From assembly GCA_964556105.1 (NCBI GenBank), contig CAZKWG010000002.1, positions 1 to 40,159 on the forward strand: DNA of 40,159 bases, written 5' to 3'. Source of the stretch: an uncultured Enterobacterales bacterium (lineage in GTDB: Bacteria; Myxococcota_A; UBA796; CAZKWG01). This document shows positions 33,128 to 40,159 of this stretch, piece by piece. The notes below the pieces were generated by a model that did not search any database, had not been told where the DNA came from, and worked only from the letters and a program-made list of their open reading frames with translations. Each line of letters opens with the position of its first letter. Within the stretch, counting starts at the first letter, position 1. A program made the translations under genes and the position numbers.

Positions 33128-34725
33128 TCGTTGCTGGCCACGGAGAAGGGCTGCCCCAGCCCGACGCCGACGCGCGCGGCGAAGTCGTGGGTCGGGCTGC
33201 GATAGCTGCCGTCCAGCACGCGGTCGAAGCCGTCCACGACGAGCCAGCTGCTGCCCGTGCCGCCGTAGACATCGGAGGGCGCCGAGGTCCCGAGCTCGGG
33301 CGAGAGCTGCCGCACGCGGATCCAGGGCCGCGCCTCGACCGTGCCCGCGCTGACGCCCGCCCCCGCCGCGTCGTCCACCTGCGTCAGCGAGGCCCAGGTC
33401 ACGCCGTCGGTGGAGCCCTCCACGAGGATGGTGGGCGAGGACGGGGCGCGGTCGTTCCGCCAGGTCACGGTGGCCTGAGCGCCGTCCGAGACCACCGAGA
33501 GCAGCTCCGGCGGCGCGAAAGGTGAGCGTGGGAGCCCGCTCTGGGCCAGCCAGCGGGCGTAGGCCCGGCTCTCGTACAGGCAGCCGGAGTGGGTGGACGA
33601 GGAGGGGCCGATGCTCAGGTCGCTGGTCGCCAGGCTGTCATCGTCGAAGCTCGCGCTGACGGTGTAGCCCTCGGCGGCGAGATCGGCGGCGAGGTCCTGG
33701 TTGTCGTCGTCCGTGCCGCCCGTGCTCGTGTAGACCGAGCGCAGGAGCCCGCCGCCGCGGACATAGTCCTTGTAGGTCCCCGCCTTGGCGTAGAGGGCGT
33801 CGAAGAGGTGGACGCCTTGGATCTCCGCGCCTCGATCGTCGAGGATCGCCGCGGTGCACAGGTAGCCGCCGGAGTGCGCGCTGATCACCTGCGCTCCCGC
33901 CTGTGGGCGCAGCACGAGCCCGTCGCGGTAGAGCACCGACAGGGCGTCGCGGATCAGCGTGGCGTGGGCGCCGGGCTCCATCAGGCGGCCAAAGTCGCCG
34001 CTCGCCGCCTCCACCGGGCCCTGCGGGACGACGAGGATCGCGTCCCGCCCCGAGAGGGCGTGCTGCTCGACGAGGAGCTGCGCGCTCACCACCTCTGAGA
34101 GGGTCGCGTTGTGGCCGTGGATGTGGGTCACCACGCCCACCTCGCCCTGGTCGGAGAGCCCCTCGGGCACGAAGATCAGCACGCTCCCGTCGGTATAGGG
34201 CGCGTCCTCGTAGGGGAAGGGCGCGGAGGGCAGGGTGACGACGGTGCGGGCGCCCCAGGTGTCCTCCTCCCAGACGGCGTCGCGCAGGAGCGGATCGCCG
34301 ACGACGGCGACCAGCGCGACGTCTACGGACTGGCCATCGACGGTGACCGTGACCGCGCCCATCTCGATGGCCGGCGCGTCGGGGTCGCCTGTGTAGCTGA
34401 CCTCGAAGCTGCGCGCCTCGTAGCTGGAGAGCGGGCCTGTGTCGCCGGAGATCTCGAAGGCCCCCGACACCTCGAAGCTGACCTTGCCCCCGGACCCGCC
34501 GCCGCCCACCTCGCGGATCTCGAAGACCCCAGGCTCCGGGTCCTGGCCGGCCGTGACATAGGGCAGGTCGGCGAGCTCGTCGGCCTGCAGCAGGAAGGCG
34601 TCCGAGCCCTCGCCCTCGGCCTCACCCTGGCGGGTGTCGTCGTTCTTGTCGCGCTTGCAGCCCAGAGCAGGAAGCAGTGTGAGGCTGAACAGGTGTGCGG
34701 TAGTGAGCCAGAGCGCTGCTTTCAT
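32677..34725 (-). CDS. Large lipoprotein with putative alpha/beta-hydrolase-like core, FN3-like segment and a conserved C-terminal domain; function unknown
   Basis: 682 aa. The signal peptide has lipobox LPALGC. It contains HIHGHNA...VISAHSGGY (a GxSxG-like nucleophile elbow; inference), TVTWRNDRAPSSPTILVEGSTDGVTW (FN3-like), and the C-terminal VIWLLGDESS...GGKLIISGAELGY. Confidence 0.75.
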   Translation of the reverse strand: MKAALWLTTAHLFSLTLLPALGCKRDKNDDTRQGEAEGEGSDAFLLQADELADLPYVTAGQDPEPGVFEIREVGGGGSGGKVSFEVSGAFEISGDTGPLSSYEARSFEVSYTGDPDAPAIEMGAVTVTVDGQSVDVALVAVVGDPLLRDAVWEEDTWGARTVVTLPSAPFPYEDAPYTDGSVLIFVPEGLSDQGEVGVVTHIHGHNATLSEVVSAQLLVEQHALSGRDAILVVPQGPVEAASGDFGRLMEPGAHATLIRDALSVLYRDGLVLRPQAGAQVISAHSGGYLCTAAILDDRGAEIQGVHLFDALYAKAGTYKDYVRGGGLLRSVYTSTGGTDDDNQDLAADLAAEGYTVSASFDDDSLATSDLSIGPSSSTHSGCLYESRAYARWLAQSGLPRSPFAPPELLSVVSDGAQATVTWRNDRAPSSPTILVEGSTDGVTWASLTQVDDAAGAGVSAGTVEARPWIRVRQLSPELGTSAPSDVYGGTGSSWLVVDGFDRVLDGSYRSPTHDFAARVGVGLGQPFSVASNEAVIRGDVLLSDYAGVIWLLGDESSADTTLDATERSLIAAHLAAGGKLIISGAELGYATDPTWLAENLHAAYVSDDAGSVVAGAYTFGVTYEEDYPDVLSGEETIWSYDTGGAAAVIHARRVITVGFALETMDDATLALALPELLSWLTG

Positions 34726-34792
34726 GCGATCTTCTAAGCCGTAGAGGCCTCGCGCACAAGATCGTCGGGCGCCGACAGGATAGGCGCTGTGT

Positions 34793-35398
34793 ATGCCCGA
34801 TCGTTACCTGGCGCTGAGCCCTGAGCAGGGCGGCACCTGCTTCGGACCCTTCCCCTCCGGCACCCTCTGCGTGGGGACGGACAACCGCACCTGTCGCGTG
34901 GTGCTGGGCCCCATGCCCGGTCTGCGGCCCATTCACGCGCAGATCACGTTCTCGCCGGACGGGAGGGCCTTCCTCCAACCGGGCGATCGCGCGGCCGCCC
35001 TCTGGGTTCACAGCCGATCCGGGCAGGTCTCGGCCGTGGACGGCTCCGCCGCGCTTCAGCTCGGGGACGCCTTCTCCCTGGGCAGCCCGCAAGGGCCTCG
35101 CTTCATCGTCTGTGATGTCCCGCCCCTGCAGACGGTGCGTCAGGCGCCGCCGCCTCCGCCGCCGCCGGGCGCGGGAGGGGTCACCCAGCACATGCGGCGG
35201 GACGAGCGCTACCAGACCAGGGGCGCGACGATGGCCGGCGACCTGACCCGCGGGGCGGTCCAGGACATGGCGCGGATGAAGGAGGAGTCGAAGACGAGCC
35301 CGCTCTTCATCGTGCTGGCGGTGCTGGGCGTGGGCGGGATCTTCGCGGGCACCTGCGCGGGCCTCGCCGCGGGGATCTGGGCCTGGACGCAACAATGA
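34793..35398 (+). CDS. FHA-like domain protein with Pro-rich linker and C-terminal TM anchor
   Basis: 201 aa. It has LCVGTDNRTCRVVLGP...IHAQITFSPDGRAFLQPGDRAAALWVHS...LQLGDAFSLG (a divergent FHA-like beta-sandwich pattern), then PPPPPPPG, then the TM helix LFIVLAVLGVGGIFAGTCAGLAAGIWAW. Confidence 0.6.
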   Translation: MPDRYLALSPEQGGTCFGPFPSGTLCVGTDNRTCRVVLGPMPGLRPIHAQITFSPDGRAFLQPGDRAAALWVHSRSGQVSAVDGSAALQLGDAFSLGSPQGPRFIVCDVPPLQTVRQAPPPPPPPGAGGVTQHMRRDERYQTRGATMAGDLTRGAVQDMARMKEESKTSPLFIVLAVLGVGGIFAGTCAGLAAGIWAWTQQ

Positions 35399-36033
35399 GC
35401 GAGGAGCCTCGCGTCATCGACCGTCGGCCGGCCCACGATCGGCTGGCGCGTCGCGCGCTGGGGGTCGGGCTGGCGGCGCTGATCCCGCTCCCATTCATCG
35501 ATGAGATCATCCGTAAACGCCTGCTGCGCTCCTCGTACCGGCACGCCGCCGCGGACGCGGGGGTGAGCTTGAGCCCTGACACGCTGCGCGCGTTGACCCT
35601 GGGCCAGGGAAGCCTGCTCTGGGCCATCGCGAAGGCGATCCTCGTCTGGCCGATCAAGAAGCTCTTCAAGACCATCTTGTATTTTCTCACCATCAAAGAC
35701 GTGCTGGACTGGACCACGGAGGCCGCCCTGCGCGCGGAGATGGTGCACATGGCGGCGAAGGCCGGCGCGTTGCCGGCGGGCGCGCGGCAGGTGGCGGCGC
35801 AGATGGACGCGACCTTGGAGCGCCACCGCTTCAGCCCCGTCACCCGCTGGCTGCGCGGTCCCCGGCGCCCGCCGATGGTCTGGCCCCAGGGCGCCGATCC
35901 GCTGCTGGGCGGCGTCGGGACCCTGGTGGCGCTGGGCGGCGGCGCCAGCGTGCTCGCGGCCTTCGAGGAGACGCTGAAGGAGGGCTCCGCGCCGGTGCCC
36001 GCGCTGGTGCCCGCGCCCGCTGTCGAGGGCTGA
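35395..36033 (+). CDS. Hypothetical protein (DUF697-like N-terminal motif)
   Basis: 212 aa. The ATG overlaps the upstream stop (ATGA). LIPLPFIDEIIRKRLLRSSYRHAAADAGVSL resembles the P.P..D motif region of DUF697/YcjF-type proteins; this match is weak. Confidence 0.55.
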   Translation: MSEEPRVIDRRPAHDRLARRALGVGLAALIPLPFIDEIIRKRLLRSSYRHAAADAGVSLSPDTLRALTLGQGSLLWAIAKAILVWPIKKLFKTILYFLTIKDVLDWTTEAALRAEMVHMAAKAGALPAGARQVAAQMDATLERHRFSPVTRWLRGPRRPPMVWPQGADPLLGGVGTLVALGGGASVLAAFEETLKEGSAPVPALVPAPAVEG

Positions 36034-36043
36034 GCCGGATCGT

Positions 36044-36727
36044 TCAGACCGCGCGCAGATCGGCCGTCCAGACGCCGACGTCGCGGATCTCGTCGTCATG
36101 GCTCGCGTCGCGCCAGGTCTCGGCCACCCCCGCGGCGTACCAGGCCTCCATGGCGGGCAGGGCGCGCAGCCGGGCGGCGTAGGCGTCGGCGTCCGCGCTC
36201 AGCGAGAGCCCATAGGTCTGCATCCGGTAGGCCACGGGGGCGAAGAAGGCGTCTACGGCCGTGAAGCTGGCTCCAGCCAGGAAGGGGCCGCCGAAGCGGG
36301 AGAGCCCCTCGCGCCAGAGCGCGTCGAGGCGGCGCAGCTCGCGCTCCAGCGCCTCGGGGCGCGCGTGCAGGCGCACCCGGACGCCGACGTTCATCGAGCA
36401 GGTGCTGCGCAGCGCGCTGAACCCGGAGTGCATCTCCGCCGCGGCGGAGCGCGCCCAGGCCCGCGCGGTCGGGTCGAGGGGCCAGACAGCGGCGTGGCGC
36501 TCGGCCAGATACTCCACGATGGAGAGCGAGTCCCAGACCACGGTCTCTCCGTCGCGCAGGGCGGGCACCTTGCCCGCGGGCGAGAGGGCGCGGAGCGCGT
36601 CCCAGGCGGGCCCGTCGCCGAAGCGCAGGAGCGTCTCCTGGAAGGGGATCTCCAACACGGTGAGCAGCGCCCAGGGTCGGAGCGACCAGGAGGAGTAGTT
36701 CTTGTTGGCGATGAACAGCTCGTACAC
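36044..36727 (-). CDS. Glutathione S-transferase family protein
   Basis: GTG at 36727 follows GGAGG with a 6-nt spacer. YELFIANKNYSSWSLRPW, GKVPALRDGETVVWDSLSIVEYLAE (the thioredoxin-fold G-site) and a C-terminal helical domain are present. The long N-terminal extension in the track ORF is rejected. Confidence 0.85.
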   Translation of the reverse strand: MYELFIANKNYSSWSLRPWALLTVLEIPFQETLLRFGDGPAWDALRALSPAGKVPALRDGETVVWDSLSIVEYLAERHAAVWPLDPTARAWARSAAAEMHSGFSALRSTCSMNVGVRVRLHARPEALERELRRLDALWREGLSRFGGPFLAGASFTAVDAFFAPVAYRMQTYGLSLSADADAYAARLRALPAMEAWYAAGVAETWRDASHDDEIRDVGVWTADLRAV

Positions 36728-36771
36728 GGACGACCTCCGGCTCTCACGAGCGCGCGCTCGGGCACACCAGC

Positions 36772-37479
36772 CTAACGCCCGCTCCACCAGAGCAGCCCGC
36801 CGAGGACGGCCGCGAGCGGTGAGAGGACCAGGAGCCAGGCGATGAGGTTCAGGACGAAGAGCCCACGCTTGACGGTCGCCGTGTCGTTGACGTGCGGGAA
36901 GGGCTCGGCAGGCACGGGCACGCCGAGGAAGGCGCAGAGCGGCGCCCAGCCCTGGCTGGCCTCGAAGACCAGCAGGCGATCGGGCGGCACCTCGCGCTTC
37001 ACCGCGTCCAGGTGGGCGCGAAAAACGGCGAGGGCATGTGCCTTGTCTTCGAAGCGCCCATCGAAGGTGCGCTCCCAGACCAGGCGCTTCGCCATGTCCG
37101 TGGCCGGGCCGACCCGCGGGAGCCAGGGCAGCACGAGGCGCAGCGGGAACATCGAGACGGGCTTGAAGATGGTCTCGCGGCAGCTCTGGTACCAACGCTC
37201 CGGGTCGCGCACGCTCAGGATCACCCGCGCGTCGGGGTGGGCGGCGAAGATCTCCTTGTAGAAGCTGCAGGCGGGCCAGTCTACCGAGGCCCCCCAGCCC
37301 GTGAAGAAGGCCGCCCAGTCCACGCGCTCACCGCGCGTCGCGGCGTCCCAGGTCGCGACGTGCGCGGGGTGCGCCATGACCTCGGTCATGTGGTAGCAAG
37401 GCCCCAGGCCCAGCTTCTCCAGCGCCACCTTGAGGGTGAGCGTGCCCGTGCGGCCAAAGCCCGCGCCGATGACCTTCAT
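36772..37479 (-). CDS. Sulfotransferase-family protein (Sulfotransfer_4-like) with C-terminal TM helix
   Basis: 235 aa. MKVIGAGFGRTGTLTLKVALEKLGLGPCYHM is the PAPS 5'-phosphosulfate-binding loop region typical of this family. The C-terminal segment is FVLNLIAWLLVLSPLAAVLGGLLWW. Confidence 0.75.
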   Translation of the reverse strand: MKVIGAGFGRTGTLTLKVALEKLGLGPCYHMTEVMAHPAHVATWDAATRGERVDWAAFFTGWGASVDWPACSFYKEIFAAHPDARVILSVRDPERWYQSCRETIFKPVSMFPLRLVLPWLPRVGPATDMAKRLVWERTFDGRFEDKAHALAVFRAHLDAVKREVPPDRLLVFEASQGWAPLCAFLGVPVPAEPFPHVNDTATVKRGLFVLNLIAWLLVLSPLAAVLGGLLWWSGR

Positions 37480-37536
37480 CGCCTCTCCTCTCCGTTGGAG
37501 AGGGTAGCATGGGTGAGCTCGCCGCGGCCGAGCGCC

Positions 37537-39072
37537 TCAGTCGTCGTCCTCGACGTCGGCGTTGGGATCGCCCGCGTCCCCCTTCGGCGCCTTCTCCCCG
37601 TGCTGCAGCGGGTAGGGGCTGGGGCGCAGGGTGAGCAGCCAGGCGTCGCCCAGCCTGGACATGCGCTCGGCCCGCGCGCGCCCGAGCAAGGTGTCGGACA
37701 GATCGTGATCCTCGTCGGGATCCTCGTCCATGTCGTACAGCTCGCGCAGCTCGGGCCGGCCCAGGTCGGGGTCGGCCTTGAAGCGGATGAGCTTGTAGCG
37801 TTGATCGCGGACCATGATCTGCGGCGGGAGCTTGTTGTTCGGGCGGCCGCCGAGCGTGGCGAAGAGGTGCTCGGGCCCCGGATCCTCGCCGCGCAGCGCC
37901 GCGGAGAGGTCGCGCCCGCTCAGGTCGGCGGGCGGGGGCAGGCCGGCGAGGCCCGCCAGCGTGGGCAGCAGGTCGGCGCCGCTCATCAGCGCAGGACAGG
38001 TCGTCCCCGCTGGGAGCACGCCCGGCATGCGGACGATCATCGGGATGCCGCAGGAGGCGTCATACATCAGGCCCTTCAGCCAGAGCCGCTTCTGCGCCGC
38101 CATGTCCCCATGATCGCTGGTGTAGACCACAATGGTCCGATCGGCCTGACCGCTCTGGTCGAGCAGGTCGAGGATCACGCCCAGCACGCGGTCCGTGTAC
38201 GTGATCGCCGCGGCGTAGCGGGCCAGGCAGAGGCGGTGCTGGGCCTCGGACATCGCCGCCCAGCCGTAGCGCTGGCGGTTCTCCTCCGGGACGCGCGCGA
38301 GGGTCGGCGGGCCGGCGCTGGGCAGCGGGATCGCGGCGGGATCGTAGCGCCCGTATACGTCGCTCGGCAGGTTCCAGACCCAGTGGGGCTCCGTCCAGGA
38401 CCCGTAGTAGAAGAAGGGGCGGGTCGGCGGCTCCCCCAGCCAGAGGCGCATGACGTCCATCACCACGGCGCTGATCGGCGTCCACGGGGCGGCGATGGGG
38501 GCGCCGCGCAGGCGACGGTCGGCGATCCCCTCCCACAGCGCGCGCTCCGCCTCCGGCACCGGCAGCGGCTCGGTCCCTTCTTTGCGCGCCCGCAGGAGCA
38601 TCTTGAACGCGTCGCTCTCCTTCGAGAGCCAGGTGTCGAAGCCGTACGACGAGGTGGAGCGGTTCACGTGGGTCTTGCCCACGCAGGCGGTCTGATAGCC
38701 GGCCTCGCCGAAGACGTGGGCGATGGTGCGGTTGGCCGGATCGAAGCTGTGGCCGTTGGAGAGCACCGCGGTCTCGGCGGGGTGCTTGCCGGCGAGCAGG
38801 CCCATGCGGGCGGGGGCGCAGATCGGGCTGGTGGCGTAGGCGCGGGTGAGCGTCACGCCCTCGGAGGCCAGCCGGGCCAGATTGGGGGTCTCCAGCCAGG
38901 GCGTCCCTCCCGGCGCGGGGAGGCGCGGGCTGTGCTCGTCCGAGACGAGCAGCAGGACGTTCCAGGGGCGATCCTGCGCGTTCGCCGCTCCAGAGGCGCC
39001 GAGCGCTCCCGCCGCCGCCGCCCCGCCCAGCAGGCGGAGCACGTCGCGGCGGCTGCGGGGCTGAGTGGGCAT
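37537..39072 (-). CDS. Tat-exported Cys-type sulfatase (arylsulfatase family)
   Basis: 511 aa. The twin-arginine signal is SRRDVLRLLGGAAAAGALGASGAANA. It has LLLVSDEH, the formylglycine motif CAPARMGLLAG (C-x-P-x-R) and YTSDHGD. Confidence 0.9.
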   Translation of the reverse strand: MPTQPRSRRDVLRLLGGAAAAGALGASGAANAQDRPWNVLLLVSDEHSPRLPAPGGTPWLETPNLARLASEGVTLTRAYATSPICAPARMGLLAGKHPAETAVLSNGHSFDPANRTIAHVFGEAGYQTACVGKTHVNRSTSSYGFDTWLSKESDAFKMLLRARKEGTEPLPVPEAERALWEGIADRRLRGAPIAAPWTPISAVVMDVMRLWLGEPPTRPFFYYGSWTEPHWVWNLPSDVYGRYDPAAIPLPSAGPPTLARVPEENRQRYGWAAMSEAQHRLCLARYAAAITYTDRVLGVILDLLDQSGQADRTIVVYTSDHGDMAAQKRLWLKGLMYDASCGIPMIVRMPGVLPAGTTCPALMSGADLLPTLAGLAGLPPPADLSGRDLSAALRGEDPGPEHLFATLGGRPNNKLPPQIMVRDQRYKLIRFKADPDLGRPELRELYDMDEDPDEDHDLSDTLLGRARAERMSRLGDAWLLTLRPSPYPLQHGEKAPKGDAGDPNADVEDDD

Positions 39073-39096
39073 TCGTCGCTCCAGATCCTGAACCCC

Positions 39097-40068
39097 TCAG
39101 TACACGTTGTACTTCCGACGATAAGCCTCGTGCTCCGCTTCGTTGCGCGAGGGGTGCAGGTTCTTGTCGGCGTCGTGGAGGTAGTACCAGAACTCGCTCT
39201 GCACCGGCTTGATGGCCGCCTCGAGCGAGGCGAGGTTGGGGTTGCCGATGGGCCCCGGCGGCAGGCCGGCCTTCAAGCGGGTGTTGTAGGGCTCGTTCGG
39301 GTCGCGCAGGTTCTTCATGAAGGCCTTGCGGTCGTTCCAGTCGGCCAGCGTGTAGCGGCTGGTGGCGTCTACCCCCAGGTTCCAGCCGCTGTCGATGCGC
39401 TTCCAGAGGATCCCCGCGACCATCGGCCGGTTCTCGGGCCTGGGCTCCTCCCGCTCCAGCAGCGAGGCCATGATCACCACGGCGTGCAGCCCCCGCTCGC
39501 CGAGCTCCGCCTGGTAGGGCGTGGCGAAGCGCTCCCCGAAGAGGTCGAGCTGGCGCTGGACGAAGGCCTTGACCTCGAAGTTGTCGGGCTCCACCCGGTA
39601 GGTCTCGGGATAGAGATAGCCCTCGAGCGAGCCGGCGGGGAGCGGAAAGCTGGCCTTGTAGGCAGCGCTGTCGGCGACGGCCGCGGCGTACTGGCCGGGC
39701 TCGATGAGCTTCGCCGCGACCAGCGCCTCGTCGATCTCGCGCACCCGCCAGCCCTCGACGATGGTGAACGGGATGTCCTCGGGGACCGGCGCGCCGCAGA
39801 CCGCGGTCAGGATCTCCTGGGCGTTCATGCTGCGGGAGAGCCGGTGCCGCCCCGCCTTCATGCACGCCCCCTCCTTCGAGAGGCGCACGTACATCTGGAA
39901 ATCGCCCGCGTCGTCGATGATGCCGGCCTCCTCGAGCACGTCGCCGAGGGCGCGCGGCGTGGTCCCCTTCGGGATCGTGACCAGCTTCTCTGCTTTGTCC
40001 GCCGGATCCGCCGCGTCGTTGAAGCTGCTCGACAGCGAGGCGCAGGCGGTGAGGAGCAGGAGCAGCAC
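39097..40068 (-). CDS. mltG: Endolytic murein transglycosylase MltG (YceG-like)
   Basis: 323 aa. The GTG start follows GGAGG, and LLLTAC is a lipobox-like signal. YNTRLKAGLPPGPIGNPNLASLEAAIKP is the YceG signature block. Confidence 0.9.
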   Translation of the reverse strand: MLLLLLTACASLSSSFNDAADPADKAEKLVTIPKGTTPRALGDVLEEAGIIDDAGDFQMYVRLSKEGACMKAGRHRLSRSMNAQEILTAVCGAPVPEDIPFTIVEGWRVREIDEALVAAKLIEPGQYAAAVADSAAYKASFPLPAGSLEGYLYPETYRVEPDNFEVKAFVQRQLDLFGERFATPYQAELGERGLHAVVIMASLLEREEPRPENRPMVAGILWKRIDSGWNLGVDATSRYTLADWNDRKAFMKNLRDPNEPYNTRLKAGLPPGPIGNPNLASLEAAIKPVQSEFWYYLHDADKNLHPSRNEAEHEAYRRKYNVY

Positions 40069-40159
40069 GAGAGACCTCCGGAGTTCGCGAGGAGATATCG
40101 CGGAGGGCAGGGCGGGGCGAGGGGGGCTGGGAGGGCCGCTGGCGGTGACGGTGGTGTTG

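Noticed and set aside
36747-36760. 14-nt perfect palindrome CGAGCGCGCGCTCG between the sulfotransferase stop and the GST start.
   Set aside because: It consists of alternating CG dinucleotides, which arise easily in high-GC DNA. I saw no second copy and no associated promoter signal.
36728-37195. N-terminal extension of the GST ORF (track 36044..37195).
   Set aside because: The extension overlaps the sulfotransferase gene in a different frame and is Arg/Pro/Ala-rich. A GTG with GGAGG at 36727 gives a canonical GST N-terminus.
1-40159. Scan for tRNA, rRNA, CRISPR arrays, integrase/att sites and recognisable phage or defence-system genes.
   Set aside because: Intergenic spaces are short (mostly under 170 nt) and none shows a cloverleaf-like or repeat-spacer structure. 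I found no recognisable nuclease, methylase, Cas, toxin-antitoxin or integrase signature by eye. The only mobile-element trace is the IS91-like remnant.

Overview
This is a roughly 70% GC bacterial chromosomal window. Its gene content (MopE-type Cys-rich repeats, an FG-GAP lipoprotein, a Hanks kinase, FHA proteins, a GGDEF protein, a sigma-54 activator) points to a myxobacterium-like deltaproteobacterium; that placement is inference only. I support about 37 protein-coding genes, and I saw no rRNA, tRNA or CRISPR array.

Gene order:
- RND efflux pair, then a TPR/GT-C-like membrane protein.
- MFS transporter and a small membrane protein.
- SUV3-like helicase translationally coupled to an RluA-family pseudouridine synthase.
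- FHA-FHA-winged-helix regulator, convergent with a Ser/Thr kinase / unknown exported protein / FG-GAP lipoprotein operon. The lipoprotein gene is frameshifted.
- GGDEF cyclase, a large AMMECR1-like lipoprotein, and an EVE-domain protein.
- A sulfur block: OprO/P-like porin, sbp-cysTWA, a GAF-type sigma-54 activator, crcB, and on the opposite strand TauE plus a split YeeE/YedE pair plus a USP.
- A rearranged patch: a 461-bp direct repeat flanking an IS91-like transposase remnant and orphan ORFs.
- A large lipoprotein, an FHA-like/DUF697-like pair, GST, sulfotransferase, Tat-sulfatase and MltG.

The most interesting signal is three perfect TGGCAC-N5-TTGC (sigma-54) promoters. Each sits 30-45 nt upstream of a sulfur-transport gene or operon start. 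Two of them share a 19-nt upstream element, and a receiver-less GAF enhancer-binding protein is encoded inside the block. This suggests a sigma-54-dependent sulfur-uptake regulon.

Secondary signals:
- A +1 frameshift at a C5 run that splits a 7-bladed FG-GAP propeller gene.
- A repeat-insert-repeat structure that looks like an integration or duplication scar.
- Phased GCGAC repeats at both of its junctions.

All functional calls come from motif recognition by eye. No database search was run.
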